A DNA stretch of 64,000 bases from a virus (IMGVR_UViG_3300049740_002155), one strand, 5' to 3'. Counted from the stretch's first letter, positions 39,271 to 49,747 are shown. Numbers and translations are program-made. Notes: generated by a model not told the origin, from the sequence alone.

Positions 39271-39564
39271 ATGAGATACTCATTTACAGATACAAAGAAA
39301 TCGGAAAATGGAAAATCAGCATCCGAAACTACATTACTACAAAAATTTAAAAGTAGACCAACGGATATTTTTTTGGTGATAGTAGAAAGAACACGATTAG
39401 ATCACTTGGCATTTAAATTTTATGATAATCCAAGTTATTGGTGGATACTTGCACTTGCAAATGGAATAAAAGGAACAATGTATGTTCAACCAGGAACGAG
39501 AATAAGAATACCCGAGAGTGTAAATGAAGTAATCAACGATCACAGAAAAATCAACAATCGATAA
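39271..39564 (+). CDS. LysM-like baseplate wedge protein (gp53-like)
   Basis: RLDHLAFKFYDNPSYWWILALAN...PGTRIRIP. Confidence 0.75.
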   Translation: MRYSFTDTKKSENGKSASETTLLQKFKSRPTDIFLVIVERTRLDHLAFKFYDNPSYWWILALANGIKGTMYVQPGTRIRIPESVNEVINDHRKINNR

Positions 39565-39566
39565 TT

Positions 39567-42500
39567 ATGTTTCCGAGTAGTATAACTAATTTGCTAAAGA
39601 AAAAAGCATCGGATATGATGCCGGCCGGTTTTGACTTCGGTGAACAGGAGCAAGAAGAAGAAAAAAATATTTCAGATTTCGTAAATGATGAAAGTCTCAA
39701 TCCGTTTGCAAAAACTAATAAACCAAGTAGTCTTGCTGATCAAGGATTGAAAAGTTTATTTGGTGGAGGATCATCCAACACAGATAGTGGTGGAGGATTT
39801 TCTGACATGGTCGGTGGTGCATTAGGTGCATTTGGTCTAGGTGGGGGTGATGGAAAAGATTTTCTTGATAAATTAAGAAGTGATAAAAAATCAGACGGAG
39901 GTGAAAAACCATTATTTGAAAGTAAAGACGCCGCAAAGGCAGAATTGCTTACTAAACAAGCAAAACCACCTCCTACCGGAACTCCAATGGATGAATCATT
40001 TCCATCTGGTAATTCTGCACAATTTGGAACTACACATATACGTCCTTGGGTGCGACATGAATTGATGAGAAGAGAACGAAACACTGGTATGAATTATCCA
40101 GATAACGGTCAATATTCTTCGTATGTAGGAGCACCATTGGCAGGTGAAGATGGAGATTTTTCTGAAAGTTATGAGGATACCTTGTATAGAGGACCAAAAA
40201 CTGCTTGGATGCGAGTAGTATCAAATGCAGTTGCAAAGGATGAAAGTGACCCAACTGGAAATAAAAAGTTTTTCGGATTTGAATTGGGTGGAACTGCAAG
40301 CACAAATAAGTCGGCAACTAAATTGGACGATAGGTACGATTCATTTGAAAGAATGTATGGATTTGATCAAGATACTGGTCAGGGTGTAGGAAAAACATTT
40401 ATGGGGTGGGGATATGATTCCACAGATGGTGGTCAGAAAGTCCCTCACATGGTAGAGGAAATGGATTTTAAACACAGACCGTCACCCGGTATAAATTCAA
40501 TTAAATGTGAAGATAAAGATCCTGGTGCAAATATAAGAGAAACTACTGTTTCTTTCACCGTATTTAGTAGATCACAATTAGATTATATTGATGATTATTT
40601 TTTTAAATTAGGAACGACTGCAATTGTAGAGTGGGGGTGGAATACATATCCAAGAGAAAATGTTGTAGATTATAGTAAACTAGGAGCAATACCTCAATAC
40701 GCAAGAGGAAGTCGTGTAAAAGATGAAAACTTACTTGATAAAGTAAATGCAAGACGATTTGAAATGGGAAAAACTGACCCTCTGTCTAAAAAAGATATTG
40801 ACGATGATGTTGTGTATCAATACGGTGGTGGTAACGGTATACTTGGATTGTGGAATGATAGTGTTTTGGCAAATACTGCTCTTAAAAATGGAAAAGGCAA
40901 CTATGCGTTTGCCATCGGATTTCTATCAAGTTATAGTTTTAATTTGCGTGATGATGGTGGATATGATTGTGAAGTAAAAATAACATCACAAGCAGGTGGT
41001 GCGTGTGCTCTTAGTAACGATTCGTCTGGTAAGAAGGGCAAGAAAAAAGAAGATAAAGAAAAAGATAATAAAGAGGATTTTAAATATTTTATTGAAAACA
41101 AATTGGATGAAATCTTGATGGATGAAGGTGACGGAAATGATTTTTGGGATTGGGGTGATTCTGACGATAACGAAAAACACGCAACTAAAATGGCGGGTAA
41201 GGCATACGGAAGATTCTTTCAATTTGATCAAAGCATAGGTGGAAAAGATGCGTGGCACTCTGACCGTGAAGATTGTTATATAACATTCGGTTATTTTATT
41301 GATATAGTTAATTTCTTTTTCTCAAAAAAAATGAGTAAATCTAAGGCAACGGTATTTGAATTTTCCGTTGGTGGTTGTAGATGTGTTGCACATCCCAATA
41401 TAAAATCAACTGACGGAAAGGTTTTATTGATACCAAATGTAACTTCACCCCGATATAACAAAGCAGATAGTGGTGGCTATAAGTTTGGTGAGGGTGGATA
41501 TAAAAGTGATGTTGAAGGTGCAATTATGGAAGAAAGTTTTGAGGGTAATACAGCCGGAGCAGCCGCAGACGCATTTTTTCAAGTTGTAAATGCAGAAATA
41601 AACGAGGGTGGTGGTGGTGATACACGAATTAAATCTCTCAGTGATGCGTTAGATGCTTCCCCCCGTGATGATTTGTATAGTATGCTATCGGCAGCTGCCA
41701 AACGAGCAGTAGAAAGAGGTGATTTACCGAAAGGTGTTACGGATATAATGGTTCGTCCTTTTCCAGATTATGCAACGATTGATGGACAATCCACAGATGG
41801 ATTCAGTGGAAGAATACAAGATTTATTTATAAACTATAATGTCATTAAAGATTCTGTATCAAACGGACAAGATATAAAACAAATAATTAAAGACATTTTA
41901 AAGAAAGCATCAACGGCTGCAGGTGGGGTATGGGATTTTGATGTAGTTGGAGCAGATACTGCGGTTTCAAACAGCACTACTGCAATAATTGTAGATAGAC
42001 GATATTCTGGTCAAACCAATACATACGATATACAAAAAGATGATCAAACATGGAAATTTAAATCTCATACGAAAAATAGTGTAGTTAGGGGATTGTCCTT
42101 AGACATATCCGTGGCACAAGAAACCTCACAACAAACGATTTTTCCAAAAGAAGATCAGAATTCTCAGGCAGATTTTCATTCAAGAGGTAGAATGGATAGA
42201 GTTCTTGACGGAGAAGCCGAGCAAATTGAGGCACAAAAACTCAATGAAGATACCAAACCAGAAGACGAAGATGAAGACGAAGATGACATTGAGTCGGAAG
42301 AAAAATTTATAGTAGGGCAGATGGTGGGTGCAAAATGGATAGATATTGAGTGTGTTGACCCAGACAGAAATCGTATGTTGGCAGGTATGAAGAAAGATAA
42401 TAACAAAAAAAATAGTGTAAAAAATAATATACCACTTGATGGTTGTAAGGTAACACTTGAACTTGACGGAATAGAGGGCATTCGGTTATTAGATGTATTC

Positions 42501-42638
42501 ACCTGCACAGGTGTACCAACACGATACTTTATGAATGGTCATTGGAGAGCACAATCGGTATCACATGAAATATCCAATAATGAGTGGGTAACCACGGTTG
42601 AGGGTGAGTATTTACCAAGTCCGGATACAAGCACATAA
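39567..42638 (+). CDS. Large baseplate hub-like protein (gp27/gp44-type, tentative)
   Basis: 1023 aa after the LysM gene; IVEWGWN and C-terminal LELDGIEGIRLLDVF...WVTTVEG. Confidence 0.5.
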   Translation: MFPSSITNLLKKKASDMMPAGFDFGEQEQEEEKNISDFVNDESLNPFAKTNKPSSLADQGLKSLFGGGSSNTDSGGGFSDMVGGALGAFGLGGGDGKDFLDKLRSDKKSDGGEKPLFESKDAAKAELLTKQAKPPPTGTPMDESFPSGNSAQFGTTHIRPWVRHELMRRERNTGMNYPDNGQYSSYVGAPLAGEDGDFSESYEDTLYRGPKTAWMRVVSNAVAKDESDPTGNKKFFGFELGGTASTNKSATKLDDRYDSFERMYGFDQDTGQGVGKTFMGWGYDSTDGGQKVPHMVEEMDFKHRPSPGINSIKCEDKDPGANIRETTVSFTVFSRSQLDYIDDYFFKLGTTAIVEWGWNTYPRENVVDYSKLGAIPQYARGSRVKDENLLDKVNARRFEMGKTDPLSKKDIDDDVVYQYGGGNGILGLWNDSVLANTALKNGKGNYAFAIGFLSSYSFNLRDDGGYDCEVKITSQAGGACALSNDSSGKKGKKKEDKEKDNKEDFKYFIENKLDEILMDEGDGNDFWDWGDSDDNEKHATKMAGKAYGRFFQFDQSIGGKDAWHSDREDCYITFGYFIDIVNFFFSKKMSKSKATVFEFSVGGCRCVAHPNIKSTDGKVLLIPNVTSPRYNKADSGGYKFGEGGYKSDVEGAIMEESFEGNTAGAAADAFFQVVNAEINEGGGGDTRIKSLSDALDASPRDDLYSMLSAAAKRAVERGDLPKGVTDIMVRPFPDYATIDGQSTDGFSGRIQDLFINYNVIKDSVSNGQDIKQIIKDILKKASTAAGGVWDFDVVGADTAVSNSTTAIIVDRRYSGQTNTYDIQKDDQTWKFKSHTKNSVVRGLSLDISVAQETSQQTIFPKEDQNSQADFHSRGRMDRVLDGEAEQIEAQKLNEDTKPEDEDEDEDDIESEEKFIVGQMVGAKWIDIECVDPDRNRMLAGMKKDNNKKNSVKNNIPLDGCKVTLELDGIEGIRLLDVFTCTGVPTRYFMNGHWRAQSVSHEISNNEWVTTVEGEYLPSPDTST

Positions 42639-42640
42639 AA

Positions 42641-43069
42641 ATGGAAGAATATACTGAAGATTTAGAAGAAAAAGAAAAGTATTTACTTCTCTTAAATAAA
42701 ACAGGAGCAAGTTTGAAACCAACTTATCTTAGTAACAATCCAACAGATAAAGTTGTAGAACCATCGACAGATGATTATATAAAAGGAATGATGAATAGAT
42801 ATTTTGTAGCAAAAGCAAACGATTTATACTCACAGATATATGAAGTAACTCCTGCTGAATATAAACAATTTAAAAAAAATCCATTTTATGTAACCGCAAC
42901 AATGAGGTGGAAAATAACAGGTCCTTTAAAAAATGTTTATGACAGAGGAATTTTAAAAAATCGTGGAGTAGTTGATTTTAATATGGTGTCATATCAGGAA
43001 ATTCAGGCAGTCATGCCACGAATCGACACTAAGATAAGTGCATTGAATCAATTTCACAAAACTGATTGA
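42641..43069 (+). CDS. Hypothetical protein (end of tail module)
   Basis: 142-aa ORF; PSTDDYIKGMMNRYFV. Confidence 0.6.
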   Translation: MEEYTEDLEEKEKYLLLLNKTGASLKPTYLSNNPTDKVVEPSTDDYIKGMMNRYFVAKANDLYSQIYEVTPAEYKQFKKNPFYVTATMRWKITGPLKNVYDRGILKNRGVVDFNMVSYQEIQAVMPRIDTKISALNQFHKTD

Positions 43070-43094
43070 CATTGTTTTTATATTTTAGTATGAT
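43066..43094 (+). promoter_or_regulatory. Sigma70-like promoter; predicted start at ATG 43101 (leaderless)
   Basis: TTGACA-N17-TATGAT; ATG begins 7 nt after the -10 hexamer. Confidence 0.65.
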
Positions 43095-43100
43095 GGAAAC

Positions 43101-44399
43101 ATGACAATTTATGTCGAGACATTAAATGATTTCCAAGATTTTCAAACTGGCATAGCAAACGGAACTTGCTTTTTTCATTTTATTTATGATGAAAGTGTGC
43201 ATCCGATCAAGGTTCAACCATGTGTTTTATTTGTATATCACTTTGAAACTGACAAAACATTTGTATTTTCATTTAATCATCCAGATGTAGTTTGTATAAA
43301 CTATAACATACTAAAAAATTTAGTAAATGTAAATGCAACAAAATTAATTTATGATAAAAAGAATGTGTCACATTTTTGTAATATGAATAATTTTATCGAT
43401 ATTAAATTTGATAGGTATACAAAAACACTTAATGAAATTTCATGTAAACTCCCTGCGTATAAAGATATCAGGTCCTGTCCAATTATGATACTTAAAAAAA
43501 GTTTCGACGATACCTTGAAACTTTTTAAAAATGAAATTTCCAATATAGATGTAGATGCTTATACATTTGAAAACGAATTCTCAAGACAACTATCTAATAT
43601 AGAAAAAAATGGAATTTATGTGAATAGATCAATGTTCAATATAGGAGATGTATCATTGTTAGATGATGATGATCTAATTTATAGTCAATATAATATCTTA
43701 ACCCCAGCGAATAGACCAAGTAATCGTTTTTCAAAAATAAACTTTGCGGCTTTAAATAAAAAGAAAAATGAACGAGATTCCATTTGTAGTCGGTATGAAG
43801 ATGGTGCTATTGTAATGGTGGATTACGAGAGTTATCATTTAAGATTATTTGCAGACTATGTGAGATTTGAATTACCAAAATCTTCTTTGCATGAATACCT
43901 TGGAAAATTATATCACGATAAAGAAACACTAACCGAGGAAGAGTACGAGTTGTCCAAGAAAATTACTTTTAACATAATGTATGGTGGTGTCTCTGATGAT
44001 ATACGTAATAATATTCCGTTCATGGCAAAAATAGCAGATTATGCGGAGAATATGTATAAAAAATATTTAGAAGATGGTTTTGTTAATACGTGGTATTTTA
44101 ATCGTAAGATGAGATACGAAACCTACGGTAAATTAAATCCCTATAAATTATTTAATTATCTTTTACAAAATGCCGAAACTGAACGAAATTGTTTAATGAT
44201 GAAAAATATTCACTCGGTTATTGAGAATACGGATGTTAAATTAATACTCTATCATTACGATGCATTTATATTTGACATGAAGTCAACCGACTTTATTTTG
44301 ACCAAGAAAATTAAAAGTAAACTACACGAAGATGGTAAATTTCCTGTAAAGTTTTATGCGGGAATAAACTATGGCAATATGAAATTAGTTAATGTTTGA
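43101..44399 (+). CDS. Compact family-A DNA polymerase (Pol I-like polymerase domain)
   Basis: Motif A MVDYESYHLRL, motif B SKKITFNIMYGG, motif C LYHYDAFIFD; PANRPSN upstream. Confidence 0.8.
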   Translation: MTIYVETLNDFQDFQTGIANGTCFFHFIYDESVHPIKVQPCVLFVYHFETDKTFVFSFNHPDVVCINYNILKNLVNVNATKLIYDKKNVSHFCNMNNFIDIKFDRYTKTLNEISCKLPAYKDIRSCPIMILKKSFDDTLKLFKNEISNIDVDAYTFENEFSRQLSNIEKNGIYVNRSMFNIGDVSLLDDDDLIYSQYNILTPANRPSNRFSKINFAALNKKKNERDSICSRYEDGAIVMVDYESYHLRLFADYVRFELPKSSLHEYLGKLYHDKETLTEEEYELSKKITFNIMYGGVSDDIRNNIPFMAKIADYAENMYKKYLEDGFVNTWYFNRKMRYETYGKLNPYKLFNYLLQNAETERNCLMMKNIHSVIENTDVKLILYHYDAFIFDMKSTDFILTKKIKSKLHEDGKFPVKFYAGINYGNMKLVNV

Positions 44400-44410
44400 G
44401 AAAAGAATTG

Positions 44411-44418
44411 ATATTTAT
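44411..44418 (+). promoter_or_regulatory. ATATTTAT motif upstream of 44455 and the PrkA operon
   Basis: Intergenic after the polymerase stop. Confidence 0.5.
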
Positions 44419-44454
44419 ATGTATATTTTAATTTTTAAATGGTTATATAAGTAC

Positions 44455-44853
44455 ATGAAAACTCAATTGTTATGCACCTTCTCTCAGATAAATGATTATC
44501 GTATGGTGATTAACAAAATAACAAACTTTTACAAAATAGTATTTGGAAAAGTTTATGTATTGCAAAACAAAGATGATGTAGATGAATTAATGTTGACATA
44601 TAACATCGACGCAGATGTTTGCACTCAATCTAGTTTTTTTCCAGACACAATAAGTGTGCATAGGAAAAAAGATTCAAATACACTTTACACCATTAACTCA
44701 CTTAATGGGTTGATTAAAAAACTTAATAATGGTGTTTTGGACACTGCTTATTCAATAAATTGGAATGACTATAAAAATACAATATTATTGACAGACTCTG
44801 ACAAGGGTGTAAGATTAGTGCCAACAAAACTTTACGAAATCATAAAAATTTAA
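44455..44853 (+). CDS. Hypothetical protein
   Basis: ATG 44455 (MKTQLLCTF) preferred over 44392; HRKKDSNTLYTINSLN motif. Confidence 0.7.
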   Translation: MKTQLLCTFSQINDYRMVINKITNFYKIVFGKVYVLQNKDDVDELMLTYNIDADVCTQSSFFPDTISVHRKKDSNTLYTINSLNGLIKKLNNGVLDTAYSINWNDYKNTILLTDSDKGVRLVPTKLYEIIKI

Positions 44854-44897
44854 TTTATTATTTGACTCACTCACAAAAAAAATATAAGGTAATGGTT

Positions 44898-47000
44898 ATG
44901 GAAAATAAAAAACGACAAAAAGAAAACAAAGAAGACACTCAAAAGCATCTCGCATCGTTAATTACGGCTGATAACAATGATGCGGTAAGCACATATGAGT
45001 CTTTAAATTGGACAGGTACATTTTGGGATTATGTAGAAATGTTGGAACAAAATCCAAGTATTGCAAAAAATTCGTATCAAAGACTTTACGACATGGTTAT
45101 GTCACATGGTGTAGAAGAATTTACTTATTGTAAACGTAAACACATTAAGTATAAGTTTTTCGAGGGTCTTGGGGACATTTCTATTTATGGTCTTGAAGAA
45201 AATTTGATGGAATTTATGGATATTCTTAAAAGTGCAAGTAGACACTATGGACCAGAACGACGTGTTATTTTATTACACGGTCCGGTAGGAAGTAGTAAGT
45301 CAACTATTGTAACTGCACTTAAAAAGGGTCTTGAGCAATACACACAAACTGAAGAAGGTGCTTTATATTCATTCAGTTGGAAGGTTTCTGATAAAGATGG
45401 AAACGAAGTCATTGTTCCATGCCCAATGAATGAAGAACCTTTGAAACTTTTACCAGACGATGTGCGTAATGAAATTATTTCTAGATTAAATGCACAACGT
45501 AGTGATGATGACTATAAACTTAAATTAGATGGTGCATTGAATCCGGTTAATGAGTTTTACTATAATCAATTAATGGAGATGCACGGAGGAGATTACAGAA
45601 AGGTACTCGATCATATTGTCGTACGTCGTGTTACTCTTTCAGAAAAGAATCGTGTCGGAATCGGTACTTTCCAGCCGAAAGACGAAAAGTCACAAGACGC
45701 AACCGAGTTAACAGGTGATATTAATTATCGCAAGTTGGCAGAATACGGAAGTGAAAGTGATCCACGTGCATTTGATTTTGATGGTGAATTTTTAGTATCA
45801 AATCGTGGACTCATTGAGTTCCAAGAAATTCTTAAACTTCAAACTGAGTTTTTATATGACTTGTTGGGTGCTACTCAAGAACACCGTGTTAAACCACGTC
45901 GTTTTAATCAAGTACCTATTGATGAAGTTATTCTTGGACACACCAATAATGCTGAGTTTGAAAAGTTAACAAACAATAAATTTATGGAAGCACTTCGTGA
46001 TAGAACTATCAAGATTGACATTCCTTATCTTCTTAAAATTGACGAAGAAAAGAAAATCTATGATCACTTCTACAACACGGATACTGTAAATAAACACATT
46101 GCACCTCATACAACTTATTTGGCTGCATTGTTTGCAGTTGTAAGTCGTTTGGAAGAAAGTTCAAAGCAAGACATGAGCATCATTCAAAAAGCAAAACTTT
46201 ACAATGGTCAAAGTGTACATGGATTCACAGATGAACACGTTAAAGAAATGCAAGAAGAATCTCCAAAAGAAGGATTGTATGGTGGAGTATCTGCTCGTTT
46301 CGTTCAGAACCAGTTTTCTAATGCAATCGTTAATCCAAGAATGGGTGCTAAGAGTTTGAATCCTTTCATGTTGTTTGCACAAATCCGTGAAGGACTTAAA
46401 AGTTATAGTGGATTTTCATCGGAAGATGATAAGAAGAACATGATGGAACGGCTTGAATCTGTTGAAAAGGAATACGATAGAATTGTGAAACGAGAAGTAC
46501 AACAAGCACTTAGTAGCAGTGAAGAAGCAATAAAAGCACTTTGTACAAATTACATTGATAATATCGTTGCATACATTCAAGACGAAAAAGTTACCAATCC
46601 AGTTACAGGCAAAGAAGAAGTTGCAAATGAACAACTTATGCGTAGTATCGAAGAAAAGATTGGTATTTCCAATGGTATGAAGGATGACTTCCGTAGAGAA
46701 ATTATGAACTATATGGGTGGACTTGCCGCCAAGGGTAAAGAATTCAAGTATGATTCAAACGAGCAACTTTACAAAGCACTTGAAAAGAAGTTATTTGAAG
46801 ATACTAAAGATAGCATCAAGTTATCTGCTCTTGCACAAGATACTGCAACCGTAGTTGATAAAGAACTTCTTGAAAAGATTGACGCACTTAAGCAACGTCT
46901 TATTACATCCTTCGGATATGATGCAGATAGTGCTTCTGATGTTCTTACATATGTAGGTAGTATTTTTGCAAGAGGTGATGCAGACGAAGACGAAGATTAA
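44898..47000 (+). CDS. prkA: PrkA/YeaG-family AAA+ protein (serine protein kinase annotation)
   Basis: LLHGPVGSSKST Walker A, GIGTFQPKDEKSQDATELTG, NRGLIEFQEILK, HTNNAEF, EALRDR, HIAPHT. Start placed at the ATG after AAGGT. Confidence 0.92.
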   Translation: MENKKRQKENKEDTQKHLASLITADNNDAVSTYESLNWTGTFWDYVEMLEQNPSIAKNSYQRLYDMVMSHGVEEFTYCKRKHIKYKFFEGLGDISIYGLEENLMEFMDILKSASRHYGPERRVILLHGPVGSSKSTIVTALKKGLEQYTQTEEGALYSFSWKVSDKDGNEVIVPCPMNEEPLKLLPDDVRNEIISRLNAQRSDDDYKLKLDGALNPVNEFYYNQLMEMHGGDYRKVLDHIVVRRVTLSEKNRVGIGTFQPKDEKSQDATELTGDINYRKLAEYGSESDPRAFDFDGEFLVSNRGLIEFQEILKLQTEFLYDLLGATQEHRVKPRRFNQVPIDEVILGHTNNAEFEKLTNNKFMEALRDRTIKIDIPYLLKIDEEKKIYDHFYNTDTVNKHIAPHTTYLAALFAVVSRLEESSKQDMSIIQKAKLYNGQSVHGFTDEHVKEMQEESPKEGLYGGVSARFVQNQFSNAIVNPRMGAKSLNPFMLFAQIREGLKSYSGFSSEDDKKNMMERLESVEKEYDRIVKREVQQALSSSEEAIKALCTNYIDNIVAYIQDEKVTNPVTGKEEVANEQLMRSIEEKIGISNGMKDDFRREIMNYMGGLAAKGKEFKYDSNEQLYKALEKKLFEDTKDSIKLSALAQDTATVVDKELLEKIDALKQRLITSFGYDADSASDVLTYVGSIFARGDADEDED

Positions 47001-47020
47001 TAGTCAACTGATACATTATT

Positions 47021-48175
47021 ATGCCATCTCGTAGAATTAGAGAAGACCACGGTGAATACAGAGATATCGTCAAGGGTAATGTTGACGAAAAACTCAAAAA
47101 GCACATAAAGGGTGGTCAAAGAATATCACGAAGAGGAAAAGACTTCGTTGTTGTTCGTGTTCCCCATGTAGAACTTCCAAGTTTTCGTTACGGACAACCT
47201 TCCGATGGAAGTGGAATTGGAAACGGAGAAGCAGATGTTGGTGATGAAGTAGGAGAAGGACCACCCCAAGGTCAGGGGCAAGGTGGTCAACCAGGTGACG
47301 GTGGTGAAGGAGAAGGTGAAGGTCACGAAATTGATGTTGGAATTAGCATGGATGCTTATTTTGATATGATTGGTGAAGAACTCCGTCTCCCGAATCTTCT
47401 TCCAAAAGAAAATGGGGAAATGGTAAAAGAAAAAATCAAATGGAATCGAATTGCCAAGGTGGGTAACAACAGTCTACTGCATAAAAGAAAAACTCTTAAA
47501 AATGCATTCAAACGATTGATTTCAACAGGTGACTACGATGAAAAAGATTTATCTAATTTCTATCCCATTAAAGATGACAAAGAATACAGAAGTTGGAGTT
47601 CAGTTGAAGTACCTGACACAAACGCAGCCATATTTTTTGTATCTGATATTTCTGCAAGTATGGACGAAGAAAAACGAGCACTAATTCGTGAGTTGTGTTG
47701 GTATCTTGATAATTGGGTACAAAGATTTTATCAAGAAACACAAGTAAAATATATCGTTCACGATCACCATGCACAAGAAGTTGACCAAGAAAAATTCTAC
47801 AAATATAAAAGTGGTGGTGGGACACAAATCAGTAGTGCGTTTCATTTGGTGAATGATATTGTAGAAAAAGCATTTCCTTTAAATGAATGGAACATCTATG
47901 TATTTTATTTGAGTGACGGAGAAAACTTTGGTTCTGATAACGATTTGTGCGTTGATTATTTAAAAACAATGCAAAAGTATGCGAACCTAATTGGTATTAC
48001 TGAAGTCAAGGCAGTTAGAAGTTGGGCTACATTTTTACCACACATTCAATCTAAATTATCAAGTGGTGAACTTGATCCTAAAACGATTGTAACTGCATCA
48101 ATGGATTCTCCGTCTGATGTATTCAAAACTCTACAAAAATTATTAACACCTGCCGATGAAGAAGTACCTTTTTAA
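47021..48175 (+). CDS. yeaH: YeaH/YhbH (DUF444) family vWA-domain protein
   Basis: Gly-rich linker, LPNLLPK, LHKRKTLKNA, MIDAS FFVSDISASMD, GGTQISSA, WNIYVFYLSDGEN. Confidence 0.9.
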   Translation: MPSRRIREDHGEYRDIVKGNVDEKLKKHIKGGQRISRRGKDFVVVRVPHVELPSFRYGQPSDGSGIGNGEADVGDEVGEGPPQGQGQGGQPGDGGEGEGEGHEIDVGISMDAYFDMIGEELRLPNLLPKENGEMVKEKIKWNRIAKVGNNSLLHKRKTLKNAFKRLISTGDYDEKDLSNFYPIKDDKEYRSWSSVEVPDTNAAIFFVSDISASMDEEKRALIRELCWYLDNWVQRFYQETQVKYIVHDHHAQEVDQEKFYKYKSGGGTQISSAFHLVNDIVEKAFPLNEWNIYVFYLSDGENFGSDNDLCVDYLKTMQKYANLIGITEVKAVRSWATFLPHIQSKLSSGELDPKTIVTASMDSPSDVFKTLQKLLTPADEEVPF

Positions 48176-48178
48176 GTT

Positions 48179-49744
48179 ATGGGAATTGCATGGGAAGTAG
48201 ATAGTTTAAACGAAGGAGTATGTCCAGAATTGGCTGCTCTTATACCTGAGTGTTTACAGGCTTGTTATGATAATGGACTTGATCCATACCCTTTGGTTAT
48301 TGAAGAATTTGATGCTGACGAAATAGTTGAGATTGCGGCCTATGGTGGTTTTCCTGTTCGTTATCCTCATTTTAATTTCGGACAACAATTTGAACAACTT
48401 CATCATCAGTATCACTCTGGTATGGGTAAGATTTATGAGATGGTTGTAAATACTGATCCGACTTATATGTATCTACAACGAAACAATCCTATTGTTGACA
48501 ATTTAACTGTTGTTGCCCACGCAACTGCACATAGTGATTTCTTTAAGAACAACATTATGTTCAAGCATACGAATCGTAATATGATGAATGTCATGGCAAA
48601 TCATAGTGATAAAATTCGGATGTACATGGACCGTTTTGGTAGAAAGAAAGTAAAAGACTTTTTGAATGCGGCCTTGGCAATTGATGATTTAATTGATCCG
48701 TCTTTATGCTACCGTGAAAGTAGTTTAAAGAAAGCAACGAAGTTTAATTTTGAAGACCGACAGCCACGTGAACACGTATCTCGTCTCGAAACGAAAGAAT
48801 ATATGCAGAAGTATGTCAATCCATCTCATTATATTGAGAGACAAAGAAAAGAACGTGAGGAACGACAAAAGTTGGCAGAAAATAAATTTCCATTGAAACC
48901 TGAACGAGATATTATGTTGATGATAATTAACCATTGTCGTTTAGAACCTTGGCAACAAAATATTCTCAGCATGATTCGTGATGAGTCTATTTATTATCGT
49001 CCACAGGGAATGACAAAAGTTCTCAACGAAGGATGGGCAAGTTATTGGGATTCGTATATAATGGCAACTTGCAACTTTGCTGGTGATGACGGAATATTTG
49101 ATTACGCAAAACATCACGCAGGAGTTCTTGGTGGAAAATACAACATGAACAATCCATATAAACTTGGAAATACTTTATTGCGTGATATTGAAGACCGTTG
49201 GAACAAAGGTAAGTTTGGTAAGGAATATGAAAATTGCGACAATGGGGATGAAAAAAGATATTGGAATAAGCATCTCAATCTTGGTCGTGAAAAAATATAT
49301 GAAGTTCGTGAGATGTATAATGATGTTACTTTCTTAAACGAATTTTTTACAAAAGAGTTTTGTGAAAAACATGAATACTTTGAGTATGCTTTAGATAAGT
49401 CAACAAACAAGTATGTTGTAGTAAGCAAAGACTACAAAAAAATAAAAGAGAAACTTGTTAATCGTCATGTTAATATGGGAAGACCTGTAATTTATATGGA
49501 GAATATGAAATATCAAAATACAGAAATCCTACTAAGACATGATTTTGAAGGTCGTCCACTTGATTTAAAATACGCAACCGGTACTATGGCATATCTGCAT
49601 GAAATTATCAAGAAACCAATCAACCTTTTAACTTATGATGTTGAAACTGAGGGTTATGGTGAGAATAAAGAGACAATAGAAGTTGAAGTTCGTTATCGTT
49701 ACAATAACGGTGAACTCAAACGATACGAAGGAAGCAAGATATAA
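48179..49744 (+). CDS. spoVR: SpoVR/YcgB family protein
   Basis: GFPVRYPHFNFG, KIYEMVVNTDP, VAHATAHSDFFKNN, TKVLNEGWASYW, NPYKLG, YNDVTFL. Confidence 0.93.
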   Translation: MGIAWEVDSLNEGVCPELAALIPECLQACYDNGLDPYPLVIEEFDADEIVEIAAYGGFPVRYPHFNFGQQFEQLHHQYHSGMGKIYEMVVNTDPTYMYLQRNNPIVDNLTVVAHATAHSDFFKNNIMFKHTNRNMMNVMANHSDKIRMYMDRFGRKKVKDFLNAALAIDDLIDPSLCYRESSLKKATKFNFEDRQPREHVSRLETKEYMQKYVNPSHYIERQRKEREERQKLAENKFPLKPERDIMLMIINHCRLEPWQQNILSMIRDESIYYRPQGMTKVLNEGWASYWDSYIMATCNFAGDDGIFDYAKHHAGVLGGKYNMNNPYKLGNTLLRDIEDRWNKGKFGKEYENCDNGDEKRYWNKHLNLGREKIYEVREMYNDVTFLNEFFTKEFCEKHEYFEYALDKSTNKYVVVSKDYKKIKEKLVNRHVNMGRPVIYMENMKYQNTEILLRHDFEGRPLDLKYATGTMAYLHEIIKKPINLLTYDVETEGYGENKETIEVEVRYRYNNGELKRYEGSKI

Positions 49745-49747
49745 TAA

